From NCBI GenBank assembly GCA_000002445.1, contig CP000067.1, forward strand, positions 1,312,001 to 1,376,000: a stretch of 64,000 nt of DNA, given 5' to 3'. The notes under the pieces are model-generated. The model was not told where the DNA came from. It saw nothing but the letters and a program-made list of their open reading frames with translations, and searched no databases. The stretch is from Trypanosoma brucei (lineage: Eukaryota). The position numbers were made by a program, and so were the translations under genes. The number at the start of each line of letters is the position of its first letter. Within the stretch, counting starts at the first letter, position 1. This document shows positions 20,660 to 32,110 of this stretch, piece after piece.

Positions 20660-23242
20660 CTAGGGCAACTGTTGCTGCTCTCGGTTCTGCATTTCATTCA
20701 CGACCACTTGTTGTTGTGAGCCCTCCATTTCTTCTTCTACGTCGAGTGCTTGTCCCTCCGCTCGTCGTTGCTGTCGGCGCCGCAACCAGTCATGAATAAC
20801 TGTTGACAACGACGTCCCGAATGTGGCATAGCCGAGGAACAACACTGCGCCGGTACAGGGCGACGCCTCCCACGACCACACGATGCTGCTCGTGCGGTAG
20901 ATGAACAGCTTCACCAAAAAACCAAGTGCTAACGCTTGCAACACCCCACCCACGAAGATCAACACTATTATGCACGTGTTCCTTCGGGTCCAAAACGGGG
21001 GAAGAGTTTGGAAGGCCATCAAATAAGCCAGCGTCTCTGGATCCGTGTGAAAATTGGCATACACTGCAGAAAACGCAAATGCCGCCAGCATTGTCAACAT
21101 AAATTGCAGGAATACGGTGAGGATAACTCCATCGAACTCAAACATTGTACCATAGGAAACGGCATGCCACGGCGCGCGGCAGGTCATCTCACCAAACGTT
21201 ACGCGCTGACCCGCGGTAACAGCTACAAAGGCGAATACGCTGCTGAGTACCAGCAGAAGACCGGAGCCGACTCCTTTTAAATTCTTCACTACTAGAGCGC
21301 GGCGGCTTATGGGGACGCGAAAGGGCTTTTTGCATATTTCACAGCGGTCTACGTTGCGGATGTTGCGTTTGGTGCTTTCGATGCGCCACTTGTCAAGGCA
21401 AGAGGCATGAATCCACCGAACAGAGCCTATACACTCACACGCAGATATTACTGGCTCCTCGGATTCGTCGTCGCGGCAAATGCGGCAGATGCGCTCCCCT
21501 TCATCCTCCTCATCCCCAACCACTTTCGTCTGCTCGCTACAACTCACTGCGGGTACTGAAGGTGCGGCATTCCTCTGCTCAACCTCAGTTTCTGAATAAA
21601 TGCTATAGTTGTTGTTGTTACTGCAATTACTACCATTGTTCACTGCATTTCGTGATAGAGAGGCGGCGGCGGCTGTGGAGCCTGCATATTCGTCTCTCGC
21701 ATCACCAAACGGCTTGGGCGCCTTCTTCGGACTCGCTATGAGCGGTCGCTTTAAATTACTGCGCGTGTTGTCTTCGTTGTCGTCTAGATCCATGTCAACC
21801 ATGTCCTCCAATATGACGACATCATCCGCTCGTAGTCCCCCCTTCGGTGCATGTGGTGGTATAAATTCCATCCGAACGGCTGTTGTCCCACTCGAGGCCT
21901 CCCTAAACTCTTGCTCGCTGGGATTTCCACGCCCTCCTTCCTCTTCCAGTGGACTTCGACTCCCGAGGTGTTGTGACTGAGGGTACAAATTTGTGTCAAC
22001 ATCACCGTTATTACCATCGTTCATGTCCATACCCGTCGGTGTGAAGGTTGTTTGCTCCATGATGCGCCGATGTTGCTCTTCAAGCTGGCGCTGACGCTGT
22101 TCCTCCTGACGTCGTGCGCGTGTTCCCTGCACTAACTGGTAGAGATATGCGAAGAAGCGTACCAGTGTATTCCGTAATGCCACTGCCGGATAAACCAACC
22201 ACAATACCACATCAATATCCGCAAGGTAATCCTTCAACACATGCGCGTACATAAATGTGATTGGTGCTGTGATTAACAGAATGAAAAGCGGAACACCCAG
22301 GGCGAAGACGTTTTGCATGAGGCGTTCCTTCTCCTTAGGGGTTTGTGTGATATACACCTTCACCTGGCAATCTTTGCCCGCGCGGTAATAACTTCCACTC
22401 ACCCCCAGTTGGGCGTTGAGCAAGACCACGTACGGTTGGGGTTCTGGTTCCGGTTCCACCCGCAGCATAACCATTGGTAGTAACTCACAGAAATTACTGG
22501 TGTCGAGCATCGTGACGATAGCATTCCAGAAAGCCTTCCACCCCCCCTTTTGTTCATGCTCTTCTTCTGTACCGCTTCCATCCCCTGGGTTGCCACCGCC
22601 GTTTCCCTCCTTTCCATTGGTTGCAGCGTGCGCCACGCGCTCGGTGAGTGCCGTCAAGTTCACATCTTTCTTAGCACGTATCTCCACACTAACGAAGTAG
22701 CCTATACAATTGTCTGAAGGAATGTTGGCGTCGTAACGGTGACTCAGCAACTGCGTCACAACTTTGACCTCAGACCGCGTACTGCTCTCGAATTCCAGAT
22801 AGCTCATAGTGTTGGGAGACACATGAACCACATACCCGCCCTGTGGCTGGGACGACCCGTTCATACTCATTTGGCTTCTCACTTCATTGCCTTGAAAGTT
22901 TCCTCTGCCTTCGTTGTTCGTTTTCGCAACGTCTGAAACGGAAGCTGTCTTCACCGTGAGGAGGTCAAGGATCGGGCGGTAATTCCCCGCCTTCTCGTGG
23001 CTGGTTCCGGTTTCACCGGTACCGCCACCTCCTTCATTACGAGCCGCTGCCTTGTGTGTGCTGACGGCGAGAGGTGTCACGTGTGATAACACACCAAAGA
23101 GCCGCTTCCACCCCTTCGGCTTCTGAAACTTCCCTTTTACCGTGTGCTGGTGTTTTCGTTCCTGACCTCCGGCATTGGATAAAAGGGAGACGATTAGAAC
23201 GGAGCATATGCCGAGTAAACACATGGAGCGGTTCGGAATCAT
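20660..23242 (-). CDS. RING-CH (C4HC3, MARCH-like) zinc-finger polytopic membrane protein, putative E3 ligase. ORF track gives 20660..23290; likely start is MIPNRSMCLLG at 23242.
   Basis: Motif CRICRDDESEEPVISACECIGSVRWIHASCLDKW ... CEICKKPF (C-x2-C ... C-x-C ... H-x2-C ... C-x2-C), followed by several hydrophobic helices. N-terminal signal-like segment LLGICSVLIVSLLSNAG. Confidence 0.7.
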   Translation of the reverse strand: MIPNRSMCLLGICSVLIVSLLSNAGGQERKHQHTVKGKFQKPKGWKRLFGVLSHVTPLAVSTHKAAARNEGGGGTGETGTSHEKAGNYRPILDLLTVKTASVSDVAKTNNEGRGNFQGNEVRSQMSMNGSSQPQGGYVVHVSPNTMSYLEFESSTRSEVKVVTQLLSHRYDANIPSDNCIGYFVSVEIRAKKDVNLTALTERVAHAATNGKEGNGGGNPGDGSGTEEEHEQKGGWKAFWNAIVTMLDTSNFCELLPMVMLRVEPEPEPQPYVVLLNAQLGVSGSYYRAGKDCQVKVYITQTPKEKERLMQNVFALGVPLFILLITAPITFMYAHVLKDYLADIDVVLWLVYPAVALRNTLVRFFAYLYQLVQGTRARRQEEQRQRQLEEQHRRIMEQTTFTPTGMDMNDGNNGDVDTNLYPQSQHLGSRSPLEEEGGRGNPSEQEFREASSGTTAVRMEFIPPHAPKGGLRADDVVILEDMVDMDLDDNEDNTRSNLKRPLIASPKKAPKPFGDARDEYAGSTAAAASLSRNAVNNGSNCSNNNNYSIYSETEVEQRNAAPSVPAVSCSEQTKVVGDEEDEGERICRICRDDESEEPVISACECIGSVRWIHASCLDKWRIESTKRNIRNVDRCEICKKPFRVPISRRALVVKNLKGVGSGLLLVLSSVFAFVAVTAGQRVTFGEMTCRAPWHAVSYGTMFEFDGVILTVFLQFMLTMLAAFAFSAVYANFHTDPETLAYLMAFQTLPPFWTRRNTCIIVLIFVGGVLQALALGFLVKLFIYRTSSIVWSWEASPCTGAVLFLGYATFGTSLSTVIHDWLRRRQQRRAEGQALDVEEEMEGSQQQVVVNEMQNREQQQLP

Positions 23243-23367
23243 CTTTTTTTTCCTTTTTGATGTAACCTCCAACACTTTACGTGTCCTCAATATTGAAAAC
23301 AGTAATAGTAGTTGAACACGTCCTATGACACGCTCTTTTCACCAGTCTTTTTTCACGTTCTCTGTTT

Positions 23368-23398
23368 GTATATATATATATATATATATATGTATATA
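23368..23398. repeat. (TA)n microsatellite.
   Basis: tatatatatatatatatatatatgtatata. Confidence 0.9.
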
Positions 23399-25638
23399 CT
23401 TAAGTGTGTATATATATCTATCGTTTTCTGTGTCCTTATTTGTCACCAATTGGGGATGTTTCCTTAGTTTTGCGGGCACTTACCACTAAAGGTAAAATAC
23501 TGCCTAAAAAACAAAACAAAGACGTGTGAGCGTTGATAGTAATAATAACAATAGCTTTTATTAAAATTGTCTTACCCTCCCTATTCCTTTACGATCGCTG
23601 TGTGGTGTACTTGACTGTTACTACTTCCGGTTGGGAGGTGCAAAGGTACTTCAGTCACCTTTTGTTTTAATTCCAATCAGGTTTTCCTGTCCCTTCGGCC
23701 TCACTTATATGAGGAGTAGCGTTAGTGTTGTTATTCTCTTTTTTTCTCCCCTCCACCGAAATACTATTTCCCGCGATAAAAGGTCGTATGAAGAAAATGG
23801 AAGGAGCAAATTAGTAATTCTTGTCTACGCGCAAGAACATGTCGGGACATACAAAGACGCGCGCCCCCACGTAATGAGAAGCACAAAGACATGAACCAGA
23901 TGTAACAACTTGGGAAACCACATAAGAGAATCTGATGTACTCCATGTGCACACACAAAAGCATGTATACGTAAACAAACAAACAAACAAACAAAATATAC
24001 GTGTTTGTGCCTGAGGAAACGAACGTATAGATAAACAGAATCGTAAGTTGATCATGCTGAAACACACAGCTAGACTTGCTTCATTCACCGATAGGGTATT
24101 ACGTGGGGTATGGTTTGAAAAATTGCTTTCGTCCGTGCAAACGCAATCCACAAACTTGTGCAGCTTCAGATCGTTGCGGTTCAGTAGAAGTCTCATCGCG
24201 TAACGCACCTCGGCGTTGACCGATGGACACCCTGAAAGTTGTGTGAAGGAGTTACGGTTCACGTTGATGCCTCTCCACAAAAGGACCTAAATACCCACCA
24301 CCCCTTACTTTGTATTTTCGCAATTAGTTATAATAAGCACATGACATTAAATAAAACAAGAGTCCGTTCTGCAGGTTGGGGTGGTAATATACGAGCCAAA
24401 TGCCATCAAGTTCAACATCTGCAGCGCCGCATGAACACACTCCTCGCACACTGCTACACTGTTACATTTCGGCGTATATCCTCAATCGTGAATTTCTCAG
24501 TAGCTGCAGGGGCAGCGGTGGGGTCTTGGCGATTGTTTACACACACACACACACACAACTCATTTGCAAGCATTTGAAGCGCTTTCTGTACTTCGCTATC
24601 ATTCATTTATGAAAGGCGCCCCCAGCAACACTAAAAGTGGCCATTACCGTGTCCGTGCAGTTTCGGCATCAACAATAAGAAAAGGGAGTCGACACCGAAC
24701 AATTATTAGTTCAAAACTCAGTGACATCTTTATTTATATGCATCGGTATGGTTATTACCTCCCCCCACCTCTCAGCCACTTTCGCTCCAAACGTTGGACT
24801 CGGGAACTGGCGCACTTCGAATATTGACTCATTTGTTGCTGTGGTCCGCTTTCCACCTTTCCCATTCTCTTCCTTAGTCTCGCACTTCGAGAACTAATAC
24901 GAATCAGGAAAATGTCGCGAGTGGATAGATGTATTGCAGGTATAAACATGTAGTGTTATTCAAGAGGCGAGGCGGTAGCACTGAAACAATGTAGTAAAAT
25001 TTTAAGAAAATTAGGATCTGATGTTCGAGCCCCCACAGGTGTCATTTAGTAAGATTAAGTAATGTGACCAGTTAAATTGGTCCCTTATGCAAATGATGAA
25101 GGTTGCGACTAGGAGAGCGCGTGCAACCCCTCTCAAGCATGTGAGTTACTCCCCCAAGGACCCACGAAAGGAAAAAAAACAAGTTAACTCGGCCGCATGT
25201 CTCCCGTTTCGTTCGATGCTACGTGTGACAACAGAGTAAGAAGACGGCCAAAGCCCAGGAAAGCATCCCACTAAGAAATAGAAGAAAAAGAACCTTATAG
25301 CAGTAGACAGCGTACGAAGTCGGTGCTGTGAAGCGTTAATACTCGAACATGTTTGCGTTAGGAGACTAGAGGAGAGGAATGATAAAGAAAGAATAGTATA
25401 AACTCGGGGTGTCTGTAGAACACCATGAACATAAAAGATTTCTCCACGAAAAAATATACTCGCAGACCGTTGAAAACCCCACTCCTTAAGCTTACTGGCC
25501 CCTTGTAATCCCAAGAATGAGGAAAGACGTGGCTCAGGGACGACTGATAAACGATGATCCTGGAGAGGGTTATTTGGGTAAGGGCGGGTTCTTCACTTGC
25601 TTTCCACATCGGACAAGAAGTTACAGCACGGCACCGCA

Positions 25639-27294
25639 CTAACGAAAGACAAACTTGTCAGGTCTTCCCCTGATCCAACAGTACACCGGGTAGACGAGCA
25701 CCATGAGCATACAGGCACCCATTACGCCCACCATGGCCCAAAATTGTGTGGTGGAATCACCTGCTCGCCATGGGACGTGAAATTCAAGTGCCCATTGGGA
25801 AGCTACAATGGTTGGTGGAATAGATATCAAAGCGACGTAACCCAATGTGACGTTTAAAGTATCCGACTTGTTGCTGTTGCAGTTGTTCGTGGCGGATGCT
25901 CCTGACGAATAGATGATGATGGAGTTGGTGAGAACCCTGCGGGCATTGTCCAACTTGAAGAGTGTGGGTAAGATGTGGCGAGCGATGTCCACGTAACTAC
26001 TGGCATACCGCACTACTGTATCGAGTTTAGATGTCGTGCTTGTGTTCATGAATGACAAAAGCACGCGCACAGTGGGCCGGTTTAGAAGCTCCAGAACGGT
26101 TACTTTGCTCATCAGAATCCGGCGGTGTACTGAAAGATTCCGACGCAGAAGCTGAACGCGCCGCAATACGTCCGCCTGGTCCGACGGCCGCTGACGCACA
26201 AGTGGCAACATCGATTCAATCTCGTCCACCTCGTTATTAACAACCGTTATATCGGGAAGGAACGCCATGTACAGTTCGTCCAGCATGGTTAACGCAAACA
26301 AAGATGTGGAGAGCAAATTTTGCGGTTTAATGTCTTCACCACCGCTGGCATCCTGCAGGCGGCGAATAAGGCGATGCGAAATATACTCCCATCCCTCTAT
26401 TGCAGGTTGCGGCCTCCATGTAACAACTCCATTACGGAAACACAATGCCTGCACGGATGTTAGTGCACCTGATTCACATGCGTCAAACAGGTTTGCTCGC
26501 AAATTTCTGGGTTGTTGTTGTTGATGTTTGCCAGGTCCTTCCACCTTCCCACCGATTTCTCCATTTCCCGCTGAGCGCAAGCAACACGGCATTGCACTCT
26601 GGGCCTGTAGAACAGTGATGCGGAGTTGTACATACTGCTCCTCCACAAACGCCCGCAGGCAATCCAGCTCAGTTGCATTGTCATAATAACTGTCAGCATC
26701 CTCCTGCGCTAACTCATTGGTTGCTCCATCAACGCCATTGCTCGGCGGGCAATCACCTGAATCATTTCTAATAGAGGCGGCAGCCAAAGCTCGCCACCTC
26801 CACTCTGTGTAGGGATTCACATTAACGAATTCGAAGAGAGCACTTAAGTCCTCCGGTTGCGGCACACCACTGGTGTCTATCCAAAAGAACGCGAGTGGCG
26901 GGTCAGATACCGCCGCTTCGTGTAGCAATCCGGTTAACGAGCCCATCCCCGTCAAATCCCTCCGCTCATAGATAATTCCGTCTGTGGATTGGGTTATCAG
27001 ATGAAATCGCGGTGGCATCACCCCTGTGCAGCGTGGATGTGACGGCTCCCCAACACCGCCGGTGCATGTACATGATCCTTGTGGTACATTGCAAAGGCTG
27101 TCATCCTCCGATATGTAGAGTTTGTACGTGCCTTGCTTCAACTGATTGATACCTTCGCTGTGTCCAAACGTTGTTCCACGATCGCCCAGCTCCACATCGC
27201 CCTCACACAGTTGGTGGCCCATATGGGTTCCAACTCTCCAGTACCTGCGCACTTGCAACTTTGAGTATGATGTGTGTAATCTTCTGCTATACAT
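25639..27294 (-). CDS. Hypothetical protein with CorA/MIT-like C-terminal architecture (long helices plus two C-terminal TM helices) but no GMN motif. ORF track gives 25639..27396.
   Basis: C-terminus reads LGYVALISIPPTIVASQWALEFHVPWRAG..FWAMVGVMGACMLMVLVYPVYCWIRGRPDKF, i.e. two helices, a short loop and a basic tail. The upstream stretch translated from the (GA)n tract, SLSLSL, is probably UTR, so the start is placed at MYSRR (27294). Confidence 0.45.
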   Translation of the reverse strand: MYSRRLHTSYSKLQVRRYWRVGTHMGHQLCEGDVELGDRGTTFGHSEGINQLKQGTYKLYISEDDSLCNVPQGSCTCTGGVGEPSHPRCTGVMPPRFHLITQSTDGIIYERRDLTGMGSLTGLLHEAAVSDPPLAFFWIDTSGVPQPEDLSALFEFVNVNPYTEWRWRALAAASIRNDSGDCPPSNGVDGATNELAQEDADSYYDNATELDCLRAFVEEQYVQLRITVLQAQSAMPCCLRSAGNGEIGGKVEGPGKHQQQQPRNLRANLFDACESGALTSVQALCFRNGVVTWRPQPAIEGWEYISHRLIRRLQDASGGEDIKPQNLLSTSLFALTMLDELYMAFLPDITVVNNEVDEIESMLPLVRQRPSDQADVLRRVQLLRRNLSVHRRILMSKVTVLELLNRPTVRVLLSFMNTSTTSKLDTVVRYASSYVDIARHILPTLFKLDNARRVLTNSIIIYSSGASATNNCNSNKSDTLNVTLGYVALISIPPTIVASQWALEFHVPWRAGDSTTQFWAMVGVMGACMLMVLVYPVYCWIRGRPDKFVFR

Positions 27295-29283
27295 GCATAA
27301 AAAGGGCAATGATAGAGAGAGAGAGAGGTGATCTCCCCCACAGTTTGGTTTGGTGGAGGAAAAACAATAGCATCGTTGCAAGCACACGCAACACACTAAG
27401 ACAACATCTGTCGACGGCGGGGGAGCAATGAAGTATGAGGCAATGGTGAGAAAAGAGGTTAGAGGAAAATGTTCCCAACCTCATATTGGTTGCGGCCGCG
27501 GAGGTTGCCAAAACATAATTACGAAACAAAAAGGGATTAATAACAAAAATAATAAAAAGCGAAGGAAACAGGTACAGCGTATCATAATAACAATAACAAT
27601 AATAATAATAGGGAAAACCGGTTAAGGGTACAAGGAGAAACTCCGTCAAGGCGGAGAAGGGGCAAACAGAAAGACAAAGAGAGAAGATATGGTGATAAAC
27701 AAAAAGAACAGCGAAAAGAATTATGAAATTACGAATGCGAGCCGTCATGTATGAAAGGGATGCTGCGGCAAATACAGATTGGGCAGAATGGAGAATGATA
27801 GAGTGCGTAATCGCACACCCTTTTCTTTTCCGCTCAATCCCTCTCCCTCTCTCTCTTCCCCCCACCTTTACGTTATGTCCGTCTTACTTTTATTCCACCC
27901 CTCGTGTCTCGCACGAGAGTTTTTTTTAAAAAAAAAAATCAGGGTCACACAGTGCACGCCCATCTACACGGTATCGATCCACAACTGATAGATACAATCG
28001 TAATATCAACTGTAATGGTGGTACCCGCACACATATTTTAAGGGTGAAGTTGATCATTTCCTCTATTTACGACTGATTAACCACATACTTGTTTACTCAT
28101 TTCTGTATATGGGAATAATGCCCCCCCCCCTCCAATGCAAGCAGCTGTTGCTTCTATTTTCTTTTTTTTTTCGGTACAGTGAAGAAGCAAAAAAATGAAC
28201 TGTAGTAATAATTTTATTCTTATTAAAGCAACGGCAACAAAACCAACGGTGTCGTTCAGGTTTGTGTGCATCGTAGCAAACCACTGATAGCACATTTATT
28301 TCGTTTTTTTTCTTTAGTTCGTGCACGTGACTCCTACTGTCTCATTTCGTTTTTTCTCATTTCTCACAATTTCCTTTCTTTTCCCCCCTTAAAAACAATA
28401 CAACGTAATTTTCTCGTGTAAAAATCCAGTACAGAACATCAAGTCGTAGTGGTCTGTCACAAACTCGATTTACACAGAAACCCAGAGGTTAGCCTGGCTT
28501 GAAGTGGACGGGAGGGGAAAGAAATATATATATATATATATATATATACGAAATACAAAATTAAATGCATACGGATATTTTTTAATATTTAGGTATTTCA
28601 ATATATTTATTTTTAATCAGGGAGAAAGGGAGTTTGCGCACATATATATATATACATATATATATTACTTATAGGTGCATTAGCAAAACTAAGCAAGAAG
28701 GAAAAGGAAAAAAATAATAACAGAAACAAGTGTTTTCACGGAACAGCGAACCGTAAAAAAGATCTCTTCGAAAACAATGGCAATAACGATATTAACGAAA
28801 CCGCGGGTCTGGCGGAGGCGTACTCAACTTTTCAGTTCCTTCCGCCATTTCTTTTTTTTTTTACTTCTAACTTTCTGGATTGTATCTCTACGCATAAAGT
28901 TTCGCAGCATTTACAAACCCACCGAAAGACCTCTCTTGCATATAATTATAGGTAACGGCATCACGTCACTGATAAAACGTAACCAAGCCACAAATCAAAA
29001 CAAAACACAGAAGGCGGGAAACAAACACAACAAATACAAAACAGTAAAATAAGAATAGCAGTGGTGGTGACAATAACGGTGAGATAAGCGGAGAAATGGT
29101 AAGCGCCAATAAAAGATTACAGACAGAAAAAAAAAAGGACTCTTCAAGTAACCGAGTATCCCAACGTGTGCGGACTCCTCTTTCCCCTTCTGGTTCTTTG
29201 ATGATGTGAAGGACCTTTTTTTTTCTCCCCTTCCTTTACACCATCCAATGCACAAAAAGTAATAATAATAATTATTATTATTT

Positions 29284-30792
29284 TTATACCCCGTAGCAGA
29301 AACCGCGGACGGGAGACAATCGAGTCGACAGCTTTCCGCTTGCACGCGTTTCACCCCTCCCGGTTATTTCATCCGATAAAACGGGAGGCCGGACTTTATC
29401 CGGTTTCGCCTGAATGGGCGCCTTCGGGTCCGTCAAGTAACTCTCCATGTAGCAGTACTCCCGTGGCATTGGATGGTCAGATATTGCATTATCATACCTT
29501 TCATCAACTTGTGGGTCTTCTTGCTTGTATAAAAGGTGTTGAAAGTTTTGTCCACCGAGTAGTGAGTTCCTCGACTCCGCTAAAAATGGAGAAACGCTCA
29601 TTTTGCAGCCTTCGTTATCATCCCTCCAATTTGCGTTCGTGTGAGGAGGAGCAGAGGGCGAGGTCGGCTCAATGTGAAGACAAACACCGCGGAATGTGCT
29701 GGAGTTGCTCCGCCACATTCCGGATGGCGCAAAGTTATAATCAGTGTTGCAAAAGTGAGTGTGCCCGGATTCCCCCGCAACCACATTTCTATACTGCGAA
29801 ATGGTAGCTGTTGACGCTGTCGTCCAACCCCCTGTGGAGCTGGTGTTTACGGACGTCCGGTTGGATTGTGACATATCACTGTTGCAACGCCTCTCGAGAG
29901 ATGCGGCAGCTCTATCAACACTACCGCATGTTGCTGGTGTGTAGATGCCGCTGTTGTCTAGGTCGATGGCGTAGAGATTCAATGCTCCAGTTGAGTTGAA
30001 TTCATTACTCAAATAATGCACACCCTCATTTCTCGGTGAACACCCACTGGTGGTTTGTATGCCGCGAGTCTCAAGTTGTCGGCTCTCGCCACCGTTTACC
30101 GTTTGCTGGGTTTCTACATAACTTCCACCACCACTTTCCCCAAGTATGTAATAATCTGCAGTGCTTTTGTCGCCGTTGGAGGAGTTGTCAAGGCACTGCA
30201 CCTGTTGCTGACCGGAGCGCAAGTTGCGTGCGCCTTGAGAGTGTGAAGCTACGGCACCGAGGGAACGGACGTTAAAAGCCGAGGACATGGTGAACAACCC
30301 GGTCTTGGCCTCCTCCGAGAAGTACTTCACGTAGTCGACATCATCAACTAACTGGCACTGCTTGGGCATTACGGGGCTCTCTCTGCCTTCAGGATTTAAA
30401 CCAGGGAGTCGGCGGGGTTCGCGTGCGCCGTAGCGGTTGCGGGCAACTTGTTGCTGGTGTCTCGGCTGCTCGGCGCGAAGCAATTCCTGCTGCTGTAGCT
30501 GCCCTTCATACAGCCTCTGCTGCAAAAGTGCTTTTTGCCAGCCTGCGTTGGGGTGCCAAACTGCAGTTGTTGGTTGCATGGTTGCATAGGTGGCTACATG
30601 TCGGGCTGGGTAGCCGTGCTCAGTTGGATTAACGCTTTGAAAGCCCCGTGTGATGACCCCCTGAGGTTCCTCACTGTCACTACTTTCACTACTCAAATCG
30701 GGTGAATCATACATGGGGACACCTTCGAGAACAAAATCACAACCCCGACGCGCCCGCCACTGGCCTCGCTGTCTTTGGGTGACTTGCGCCAT
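29284..30792 (-). CDS. Hypothetical Ser/Thr/Gln-rich, predicted disordered protein. ORF track gives 29284..30870; likely start is MAQVTQRQ at 30792.
   Basis: Long minus-strand ORF with no recognisable domain and low-complexity composition. Confidence 0.45.
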   Translation of the reverse strand: MAQVTQRQRGQWRARRGCDFVLEGVPMYDSPDLSSESSDSEEPQGVITRGFQSVNPTEHGYPARHVATYATMQPTTAVWHPNAGWQKALLQQRLYEGQLQQQELLRAEQPRHQQQVARNRYGAREPRRLPGLNPEGRESPVMPKQCQLVDDVDYVKYFSEEAKTGLFTMSSAFNVRSLGAVASHSQGARNLRSGQQQVQCLDNSSNGDKSTADYYILGESGGGSYVETQQTVNGGESRQLETRGIQTTSGCSPRNEGVHYLSNEFNSTGALNLYAIDLDNSGIYTPATCGSVDRAAASLERRCNSDMSQSNRTSVNTSSTGGWTTASTATISQYRNVVAGESGHTHFCNTDYNFAPSGMWRSNSSTFRGVCLHIEPTSPSAPPHTNANWRDDNEGCKMSVSPFLAESRNSLLGGQNFQHLLYKQEDPQVDERYDNAISDHPMPREYCYMESYLTDPKAPIQAKPDKVRPPVLSDEITGRGETRASGKLSTRLSPVRGFCYGV

Positions 30793-32110
30793 CTCCTCCT
30801 TCTTCCTTTTTGTGAGCTTTTCACCGACTCCAGACGCTCTTGTTGCTGGTGCGTAAGCGGTGGTGTGCAATTTTACCGTTCGTGTATAATGAAAAAAAGC
30901 GGTACCGGAAAGACGACAGCCAACAGACTACGCTGTAAAGAGGGAAAAAAAGAACTAGTGGGGAGGGACAGGAAAAGTGGATGTGCATGTAAAATTTGAG
31001 TTGCCACTCGAGCACATTGCTGAACTGCTTGGATGGGGAAAGAGAGAGGGAGTTAAAATATACCATTGTGGAAGTGACGCAGATTAAGTAAAACAAATGA
31101 GCCTTATGCTCTTACACCTTCTCTGCGCTACACAGGGTCACGAATCGACCGGCCCGCCGGTTTGTAGTTTAGCGGGTCGATTGCAATTCGTGGGATCCGG
31201 CACAGTCCATCGACTTCTCATAGATTCGCACTCATCAGAATGGATCCCAACCAAGTAGCTACGACAACTTTAGTGCACGAGCCGAGTTCTCAAGACTGTT
31301 AGAACTCCTGCCCGCAGCTCATTTCGGCTTCAAGCCATTTGACACTACATCTGAAAGCAAAAGAAAAAATGTAAGTGCAAAGTACGTCGCATATCCGTCA
31401 TCGTTTTCATTATTCCGCTGTTGCTGCTGCCAGGGGGGGGGGAGAGGAGGGCTCTTAACCCCAGAAACCCCAATGAGACACCTAAAAGTTTATGCTCATT
31501 TCATCGAACACAATTGTAACCGTTGCTCATTACACTCAATGCGTTGCCGAGCCGCACTGAATATCTCTGCCCGCTCAATGATACACGATTTCCCTTCTAG
31601 TGACTCTTCCGTTACTATTTGATGGCACTCAGATCTGCGTGTAAATGATCAAAAGAGTAGAGAAGTGAGTTAAGAAGTAACAGGAGTTAACGATGTGAAA
31701 CTGCAAGAAGGACCAACGTGCACAAAAATACATGAGCGCGTGTGTGTACCGCAACCACGTGTGCGTTAAAAAAGCTATATTTGTTTGAACGACCATGGAA
31801 CCTCTCCTCCTTCGACGATCCTTGTGTGCGGACGAGAAAATGCAGCATCACAACTCATATCCGGTTGGATTAAATCTTCCCCATTAAGGCACGACTCACC
31901 ACCCTGCCTGGGTACTCCGCCCCGCTTCAACACCTCTTCGTTCTCTTTGTTAACGCTTGCTTTTGTTAGCACGAACGTACTTGTGCTTACAGCTCAGCCT
32001 TAGGTGAAATATGTATATTTATATATGTATCTTTATTGTTAATGTTACTGACCAAAGAAGGGTTCGTGCCATTTTCTCACCACAAAAGTGCCTGCAGTCG
32101 GGCTGTTGCT

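Noticed and set aside
27287-27865. 192-aa minus-strand ORF upstream of the CorA-like gene.
   Set aside because: Low-complexity, runs through the (GA)n/(TTA)n tract, and overlaps the expected splice-signal region of the neighbouring gene.
31130-31330. Possible tRNA gene in an ORF-free interval (the sequence ...ttcgtgggatcc... resembles a T-loop).
   Set aside because: No proper acceptor stem, D-arm or GTTCRANYC T-loop consensus could be built on either strand.
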